Shown: positions 8,511-14,867 of the stretch, piece after piece | Layout: the number at the start of each line of letters is the position of its first letter | How positions within the stretch are numbered: the first letter of the stretch is position 1 | NCBI GenBank assembly: GCA_049969675.1 | Contig: JBMFOP010000057.1 | Coordinates: forward strand, 1-20,458 | Direction of reading: 5' to 3' | Origin: Myxococcota bacterium | GTDB taxonomy: Bacteria; Myxococcota; SpSt-1050 | DNA length: 20,458 bases | Program-made: the position numbers and the translations under genes | The notes under the pieces: generated by a model | What the model was told of the DNA's origin: nothing | What the model saw: only the letters and a program-made list of their open reading frames with translations | The model's database searches: none

Positions 8511-9899
8511 ATGGGATACTCCAGAAGGGCAAAAATCATTTTATTGATATTATATGTAATATTCTTCTTTAATTCATGTGAAAAAACGGATGGAAAGATG
8601 ATAAATATAGATTCTCTTGGATTCCAATCCTGTCAAAATGATATTGATTGTGGTATTGGAAGATTCTGCGATAGTAATAAAATCTGTTCTATTGAATGCA
8701 CAGTAGCAAAAGATTGTAACTATAAATATAACAGCGACCGTGATGAATATGAATGCTCTCCCTGTGGCAGATGCATACCAAAGGGTATAAAAGACAATAG
8801 ATGCATCATCACTTCTGACATCAGTTGTCTGGCAGATAAAGAGTGTATGGATCATTACAACTCCGATGAATTCTCCTGTTATAAAGGGTTTTGTACTATG
8901 AGATGCGTGGATGATAACTCCTGTAGAATATTGGGAATCGGTTTCTCCTGCAATAGTTCGGATGGTATCTGTTATCGTAAATGTTTTAGGGACAATGACT
9001 GTTATATCCACGGCTGGCAGTATGAATGTAATTTACCGAATGGTGTTGATAAGGCTGAGAATGAAAATTCTCCACCGGGCGAGGAGATATATGGTGAGTG
9101 CGTGCCCCGAGCAGGAGGAATTGATTGGGGAAACGAAAACGGTCCTCAGTTTGCTTCGCACAAATATGAAGGTATCTGGGCATTTTCTATTAACGCAGCG
9201 ATGACGGTAAGCAATATCCCTTTCGTTAATGTACAAAATACTGTGCTCAAATCTCTTTTACTTGTAAAGATTGTTCAGAAGAATGAAGATATTCAGATAT
9301 TCAAACGATGGTGTAAACTTGAATTTGAAAATTTTGACGACCAAAATAAAGATTATGAGGACATCGCAAAGATGATATTACCCGAACAATATGCACTCAA
9401 TATGCCAGTTGCCTCAATTTATGTGAAAAATCCTCCGCCATTAGAAAAGGAGAGCAAATTTGTAACTGATAAAGTACATATACTGTTTGGGGCAAGATTA
9501 AAGGATATTTACAACGACCCACTTCCAGATAAAGAACATCCAGAGAATCAGTTTGACGACGATAGAGATAGTAAACCGGGTGTAACTGTCCTCATTTCAG
9601 GGTTGATTAGCGGTGAAATCTATAGTGTGCAGAGATTCTGGACCAGATTAAGCATTAATGTGGTGGATGAAAAACATCTTCAGGGATTAATAGATTTCAG
9701 AAATGAATTATCTTTTATAGATGCAATTCCATCAATACTTTACTATAAACCGATTGTTGAAAAATATAAGAACCCGGATAGAAGTTACTTTGCCGCCCAA
9801 AAGATTAGCCCCCTCTCATCCTGCAATGATGTAATAGAAATGGCTAAAAATGGCTGGTTAAAGTATGAACCATTTTACAATCCCGATAAACGGCCTTAA
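8511..9899 (+). CDS. Cys-rich lipoprotein of unknown function
   Basis: Lipobox-like FNSC, five C-x5-C repeats with a DxDC tendency, and a C-terminal domain containing DDDRDSKPGVT. The start is uncertain (GTG 8499 or ATG 8511). Confidence 0.75.
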   Translation: MGYSRRAKIILLILYVIFFFNSCEKTDGKMINIDSLGFQSCQNDIDCGIGRFCDSNKICSIECTVAKDCNYKYNSDRDEYECSPCGRCIPKGIKDNRCIITSDISCLADKECMDHYNSDEFSCYKGFCTMRCVDDNSCRILGIGFSCNSSDGICYRKCFRDNDCYIHGWQYECNLPNGVDKAENENSPPGEEIYGECVPRAGGIDWGNENGPQFASHKYEGIWAFSINAAMTVSNIPFVNVQNTVLKSLLLVKIVQKNEDIQIFKRWCKLEFENFDDQNKDYEDIAKMILPEQYALNMPVASIYVKNPPPLEKESKFVTDKVHILFGARLKDIYNDPLPDKEHPENQFDDDRDSKPGVTVLISGLISGEIYSVQRFWTRLSINVVDEKHLQGLIDFRNELSFIDAIPSILYYKPIVEKYKNPDRSYFAAQKISPLSSCNDVIEMAKNGWLKYEPFYNPDKRP

Positions 9900-9958
9900 A
9901 AGTATTGTTGCATAAAAAACCAATGATATCAACAGGATAACAATTGTATCACCAGTTT

Positions 9959-10102
9959 CCTAACCTCCACAGAATCAATTTTTCACTCGAAAATCTCTCT
10001 GGATGAGTTATAGAACTTCATATTAACCTCCCAACAGCTGAGTGATATTGGGCCACTCCTTAACTCAACAGTTTTATTTTTCATCTGAAAAATTGATTTA
10101 GG
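9959..10102 (-). mobile_element. Decayed copy of an IS1380-like miniature element (left end plus start of transposase)
   Basis: 9961-10053 matches the reverse complement of 10574-10666 at 76/93 nt without gaps. On the minus strand it begins CCTAAATC and carries GGAGG-ATG MKFYNSSREIFE*KIDSVEV. The far boundary is uncertain. Confidence 0.6.
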
Positions 10103-10484
10103 TAAGAGTATTGTATTTTGCTCTCTTATTTTAATAGGTTCAACTTTGCAGGATCTTTATATATAGGGATTTAATCAAAATGAGATTTGTCTACTTAATT
10201 ATTGGCATCCAATCCTTTATCAACAACCTCCACAAAATCATATAAAAACAATCATATTATCAACAGAATAAGAAACTAACTTGCCCGTTAAAAGCGTCTG
10301 ATTCCCCTATTCTTCATCTATTTAATCTATGTAATCAGTATCCAGTTTTAATGGAAATTAAGGTGTTAGAAATCAGAAATTTATGATATGTTGGATATAT
10401 ATAACACAAAATAAAGGTTTATTCTTAAAAGTAAATATGTAAATGTAAATATTTAAATAACGATAAAAAAGATCCTTATTAAAA

Positions 10485-10703
10485 CCTAATCTAATCGATC
10501 TTTTAGATGAAAAAATCCACCTGTTGAGTTAACCTGCTGAGAAGATTTGACAAAAAACACAGTCTGGGGTTTAGCCCAATATCACCCAACAGGTGGGAGA
10601 TTATTATAAAGTCCTTTAACACATCCAGAGAGAATTTCAGGCAAAAAATTGATTCTGTAGAAGTTACCAATCCTCAGCAATACAAAAAATCGTTCAATTT
10701 AGG
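10485..10703 (+). mobile_element. 219-bp MITE-like internally deleted IS (IS1380-like ends) with 5-bp target duplication
   Basis: Ends are CCTAAT... and ...AATTTAGG, with TAAAA directly flanking both sides (10480-10484, 10704-10708). Internal IR CCACCTGTTG/CAACAGGTGG; relic frame KSFNTSRENFRQKIDSVEVTN. Confidence 0.65.
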
Positions 10704-10788
10704 TAAAAGTTATATTACACCTAAGGAATGTTCAAAAACGAATTTAAATTTATAAAATTGGAGTGCAATGATAAGGCAATTTAAATTT

Positions 10789-10817
10789 AAAAAAATCCCT
10801 TCAAATAGAAGGGATTT
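10789..10817 (-). terminator. Intrinsic terminator of the outer-membrane protein gene
   Basis: Perfect 10-bp stem AAATCCCTTC/GAAGGGATTT with a 5-nt loop, running into a U-tract on the minus strand about 40 nt after the stop at 10856. Confidence 0.75.
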
Positions 10818-10855
10818 AATCTTTTATAGGTCTTAAATTTGCTCTGGATTATTAT

Positions 10856-11272
10856 TTAGAAAATATTGTATCTTCCTCCAACAGATATAAAGTAGTCATT
10901 AAATGTCCCATTTGATTTATCCCAGAAGTTCAGTTGGTATGAGAATGCCAAACCAGCACTAAACTCCTTTGATGCCTGATATTCTCCTCCGAGACCAATC
11001 CTGATATATAAAGCCTTATCATCACCACTTGCACTGACATAGCTGTCCTCATAACTAAATTTGAGGTAGTCAAGTCCCAATGATGCAGATCCATAAAGAC
11101 TTACTTTAGGGTCAACACTAAAATAGTACCTCCCTTCCGGCCCTATCATATATGCATTCATACTCCCCGCATCTGTTCCATAGTGTTGAAACCTAAAGTT
11201 CCCACCAATAAACAGGTCTTTATTTATTGGTGCAAATCCGGAGATCTGAGCTCCGAGACTCGGATCAATCCC
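10856..11272 (-). pseudogene. 5'-truncated small outer-membrane beta-barrel (OmpA/OmpW-like membrane domain)
   Basis: Beta-strand pattern with C-terminal GGRYNIF. The barrel-like frame extends upstream of Met 11161 (GIDPSLGAQISGFAPINKDLFIGGNFRFQHYG), then reaches a stop at 11320-11318 with no ATG/GTG/TTG start or signal peptide. Confidence 0.65.
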
Positions 11273-11492
11273 TTTATGTAATAAGATTCTTCCATATTTT
11301 TTGTATATTGGTCTGTTTTATTCAGAGAAATAAAACCCCAATGGGGAAATTTGAGTTTTGACTCCTATATACATATCACTTAATTAAGTAATGTTGAGTA
11401 GTTATAATTTCATTCTGTGAGAAATTTATAATTTTTGGAAACATTAAGGAATCCGCAGAGAGAAGATGGATTATAATCGGATTAATAGAAAG

Positions 11493-11660
11493 TAGTTTTG
11501 TCCTAAAAATGAATATAACTAAATACCTATTACTTAAATTTTTGGATGTTACGGACTAATATACATACTCACAGGGAGCCTCCTTTCAGGGTTTTTTGTT
11601 TGTCAAAATAATCTCACCCTACAGAGGCTTCTATATCAAGAAATATTTTGAACTGCTGCG
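11493..11660 (-). mobile_element. Decayed miniature IS4-family (DUF4372-type) element, copy A
   Basis: The reverse complement of 11569-11638 matches 13438-13506 at 57/70 columns. Degenerate terminal repeat at 11644-11660; AAGGAGG-GTG start relic. The left boundary is approximate. Confidence 0.55.
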
Positions 11661-11729
11661 AAATTTCTCATTACCAGAATGAAATAGTATACTAAAGTGA
11701 AAAAAAAGATATATATTGCAATAATTTAC

Positions 11730-11762
11730 TTGACATATATTTTAGTGTATGTTATTTACAAT
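11730..11762 (+). promoter_or_regulatory. Putative sigma70 promoter for the Lys-rich peptide gene
   Basis: Perfect TTGACA at 11730-11735, an AT-rich upstream region and TG-TTATTT/TACAAT -10 candidates. The exact -10 is ambiguous. Confidence 0.5.
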
Positions 11763-11790
11763 ACCAGAAATCTACTTAAGGAGGTTTGAT

Positions 11791-11862
11791 ATGGCGTGTG
11801 CTACTAAGAAAAAGACAACAAAGAAGAAGGCACCGGCAAAGAAGAAGACAGCAAAGAAGTAG
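11791..11862 (+). CDS. 23-aa highly basic peptide MACATKKKTTKKKAPAKKKTAKK (histone H1-tail-like or leader peptide)
   Basis: Ideal SD AAGGAGGT just upstream of ATG 11791, tandem TAG TAG stops, upstream TTGACA and a downstream terminator. 11 of 23 residues are Lys. Confidence 0.8.
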   Translation: MACATKKKTTKKKAPAKKKTAKK

Positions 11863-11897
11863 TAGTTCGGTAATCTCTTTGTTGGGAACTTTTCCTG

Positions 11898-11927
11898 AAA
11901 GGGCAGCATAAAAAGGCTGCCCTTTTT
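11898..11927 (+). terminator. Intrinsic terminator between the basic peptide gene and rqcH
   Basis: AAAGGGCAGC-ataaaaag-GCTGCCCTTT, with the 3' arm ending in TTTTT. Confidence 0.8.
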
Positions 11928-11938
11928 GTTATATAGAT

Positions 11939-13354
11939 ATGAATCTAACATCAGAAGATATTTATAGAATCACAAAAGATTTAAATAGGAACCTTATAGG
12001 CGGTAAGATTCAGGGAATTTATCAGCCTTTAAGAGAGGAGTTATATCTGGAAATCTTCGTAAGACAAAAGAGTGTATTTTTACTGATTTCTATAGAAAAT
12101 GGTCTCAATAGAATTTATATAACAGATTCAAAACCGGAGAATCCAGCGATTCCATTCTCCTTTCAGATGCTGTTGAGAAAGTATCTACTTCCATCATATA
12201 TCAATGAAATTGTGCAATTAAATAATGATAGAGTTGTTAAGATCTCGCTTTTAGAATTCAATATCTATGCAGAATTGACCGGTAGACATGCAAATATATT
12301 TCTTACAGATTCCAGTGATATAATTCTCGGTTCTATGAGAGAGAATCTTTCACAGAAGAGGCCACTCTTCCCCTCATATAAATATATTCTGCCTTTCAGT
12401 AAAGATAGAATGGAGATTTCTTCACACAATATCCCGGAAGGGGTTGATATTCAAAGATACTATTCTCTATATTATGAGAGACTTATTAGAGAACAGAGAT
12501 TGATAAGGCTGAGAGAGGAGATTATAAGGGGGTTAAATAAGGAGTTCTCCCGTTTGCAGGGTATAGCGAAGAAGATTGTTGAGGATAAGAAGAGAGCGAT
12601 GAGATATGAGGAGTATCTCAAATATGCGGAGGCATTAAAGCAGAACAGGATTTTAGAGAGAGGTGATGATTATATCCTCTGTGAATATTATACAGAATCA
12701 GGTATAGCAAGCATCAATGTCCCTAAAATTGAGGGCAGGAATACTTTTGAGATGATGGAATATTATTTCAAATTATATAAGCGTTATAAAAATGCAATTC
12801 ATCTGATACTTGAGCGGGAGAGGGAAATAGGAGAGAGGATAAATGCACTGAAGAATAAGATAGATGAGGTAAACAATGCAAACGATTTAGAATCTCTCAG
12901 GATTTTACGGTCAAATATTATAGCCAACGAGGTTCAAAAGATTGGTCATAGAGATAAAAAGAGAGGTAAGCCCCCATTTAAGGTTTATTATGTTGAGGGT
13001 GTAGGTAGGATCTATTCTGGTTCAGATGCTATTGAGAATGAGGAGTTGACATTTAAGCACTCAAGGGGTAATGACCTCTGGTTTCATATAGTTGGCTATT
13101 CTGGTTCTCATACCGTCCTGCCGATTCAAAAAGATAAAATTCCCTCTGAAAAACAGATTCTCACAGCGGCAATGCTCGCAGCGGCACGAAGTTCGGCTCC
13201 AGATGGAGAGACAGTGGAAGTTGCTTATACAAGAGTGAAATATGTACAACGTGCAAAAGGAGAGAAGAAGGGTGCCGTCATCTTTTCAAATGAGAAACGA
13301 CTTCTGGTAAAGGTGGATAAGAAGTTCCCTCAGAGATGTATTCTTCTTTCCTAA
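11939..13354 (+). CDS. rqcH: NFACT-family ribosome quality-control protein (RqcH/FbpA; NFACT-N, coiled coil, NFACT-R/DUF814)
   Basis: GGKIQGIYQP, FQMLLRKYL, NDRVV, ELTGRHANIFL, YFKLYKR and NEELTF...DLWFH...GSH motifs. Confidence 0.88.
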   Translation: MNLTSEDIYRITKDLNRNLIGGKIQGIYQPLREELYLEIFVRQKSVFLLISIENGLNRIYITDSKPENPAIPFSFQMLLRKYLLPSYINEIVQLNNDRVVKISLLEFNIYAELTGRHANIFLTDSSDIILGSMRENLSQKRPLFPSYKYILPFSKDRMEISSHNIPEGVDIQRYYSLYYERLIREQRLIRLREEIIRGLNKEFSRLQGIAKKIVEDKKRAMRYEEYLKYAEALKQNRILERGDDYILCEYYTESGIASINVPKIEGRNTFEMMEYYFKLYKRYKNAIHLILEREREIGERINALKNKIDEVNNANDLESLRILRSNIIANEVQKIGHRDKKRGKPPFKVYYVEGVGRIYSGSDAIENEELTFKHSRGNDLWFHIVGYSGSHTVLPIQKDKIPSEKQILTAAMLAAARSSAPDGETVEVAYTRVKYVQRAKGEKKGAVIFSNEKRLLVKVDKKFPQRCILLS

Positions 13355-13415
13355 TACCTGCTTAAAATCAGTGAGAGATTGAAGTATTTGCTGGGATATT
13401 CTATATGAGATAGAA

Positions 13416-13587
13416 CATCTGTCAAAAATATTTTTTATGATATAGAAGTCTCAACACGGTTAGATTATTTTGTCAAACAAAATCCCAGCAAGGAGGATTC
13501 CTGTGAATAAATATAGCAGCATTTTTGGACAAATCCTTATTTTACAAATGGTTAACTTCTCCAATCAGATTATTCTGGACAGCAATG
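13416..13587 (+). mobile_element. ~172-bp miniature IS4-family (DUF4372-type) element, copy B
   Basis: Imperfect terminal IRs CATCTGTCAAAAATA / TATTCTGGACAGCAATG. AAGGAGG then GTG 13503 encodes MNKYSSIFGQIL (DUF4372-transposase-like N-terminus), joined to a ...YSGQQ* C-terminal relic. Confidence 0.65.
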
Positions 13588-13610
13588 AAGTAAGATATCC
13601 TTAGCTTTGA

Positions 13611-14864
13611 TTATGCTGTCTCTTTATGTTTTTCAAATTTGAGAATTGGTTTTGCCTTATGGGTTACGACTTCTTTAGTGATTGTACAGCTCTTGATATT
13701 TTCAAGATAGGGTACCTCAAACATTATATCCAGCATTATCTCTTCCATAATTGAACGAAGTGCCCTTGCACCTGATTTTCTACTCTTTGCCTCTTCTACT
13801 ATTGCCTTCAGTGCCTCTTCATCAAAATTTAGTTCTACATTTTCATATTTGAATAGTTTTTTGTATTGTTTAACAAGTGCATTTTTAGGTTCCTGTAAAA
13901 TCTTAAGTAGTTCTTCATCACTCAGTTCTCTTACAGGGACAAGTATAGGAACTCTGCCCATAAATTCCGGAATCATACCATATTTTATAAAATCCTCTAC
14001 CTCGGCATTCTCAAGTATATCCCCAACATTAAAATTCTGTGCGCTCTTCTTGAGTTGTGCTGAGAAGCCTATTCCTCCACCTTCCATCCTTTTACTTATT
14101 ATATCCTCAATCCCCTTAAATGAACCACCGCAGATGAATAATATATTTCTGGTATTTACTTTAACAAATTCCTGTGTATTGTATTTTTTTACCCCCTTGG
14201 GTGCAACATTTGCATATGTCCCTTCAAGTAATTTTAATAGACCCTGTTGAACTCCCTCTCCAGATACATCACGGGTCGCCGAGGGCATCTCGCCGGTCTT
14301 TCTCGCAATCTTATCAATCTCATCAATATAGACTATTCCAGTCTCTGCCTTTGAGATATCATTATTGGCATTGATGAGTAGTGTCTGAATCATTGATTCT
14401 ACATCTTCCCCTACATATCCAGCCTCGGTCAGGGTGGTTGCGTCAGATACTGCAAATGGAACATTTAAGAACTTTGCAAGAGATTGTGCAAGCAGGGTCT
14501 TGCCTGTCCCTGTGGGACCAAATATAAGAATGTTGCTTTTGTTAATGGTAATATCACTGTAGGGATTGATGAGAATTCTCTTATAATGATTGTATACCGC
14601 AACAGATAATACCTTTTTGGCGAACTCCTGCCCCACAACATACTGGTCGAGAAAGTTTTTGATCTTCTCAGGTGTAGGGAGTTCCTCAAGCCGTTTTAAT
14701 ATATTTACATTATCCTCTTTCAAAATTTGTGAGCAGACTTTTACACATTCATTACAGATATATACATCATTGCCTGCTATTATCTTCTTTACCTCTCTCT
14801 GTCCTCTTCCACAGAAAGAACAGGTTATATTCATACCAAATATAATATCCTTTCTTCTCGCCAT
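13611..14864 (-). CDS. clpX: ATP-dependent Clp protease ATP-binding subunit ClpX (divergent paralog-type)
   Basis: C4 zinc finger CSFCG...CNEC, GPTGTGKT, TEAGYVGEDVE, YIDEIDK, RDVSGEGVQQ, IGF loop and GARALR. Confidence 0.95.
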   Translation of the reverse strand: MARRKDIIFGMNITCSFCGRGQREVKKIIAGNDVYICNECVKVCSQILKEDNVNILKRLEELPTPEKIKNFLDQYVVGQEFAKKVLSVAVYNHYKRILINPYSDITINKSNILIFGPTGTGKTLLAQSLAKFLNVPFAVSDATTLTEAGYVGEDVESMIQTLLINANNDISKAETGIVYIDEIDKIARKTGEMPSATRDVSGEGVQQGLLKLLEGTYANVAPKGVKKYNTQEFVKVNTRNILFICGGSFKGIEDIISKRMEGGGIGFSAQLKKSAQNFNVGDILENAEVEDFIKYGMIPEFMGRVPILVPVRELSDEELLKILQEPKNALVKQYKKLFKYENVELNFDEEALKAIVEEAKSRKSGARALRSIMEEIMLDIMFEVPYLENIKSCTITKEVVTHKAKPILKFEKHKETA

Positions 14865-14867
14865 AAA

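Noticed and set aside
9911..10275. Short direct similarities (AACCTCCACAnAATCA; TATCAACAGnATAAnAA) between 9911-9977 and 10225-10275, considered as a CRISPR or third repeat copy
   Set aside because: Only two short copies in permuted order, with no regular spacing and no cas genes.
10507..10753. Frame MKKSTC-TGA-VNLL... suggesting a Cys-Sec selenoprotein
   Set aside because: It lies within the IS relic, the homologous inverted copy does not keep this frame, and no clear SECIS hairpin follows the TGA.
11315..11365. Cluster of small palindromes (GTTTTATT/AATAAAAC, CCCCAATGGGG, GAGT/ACTC)
   Set aside because: Short, mostly AT-rich and not attributable to a known element.
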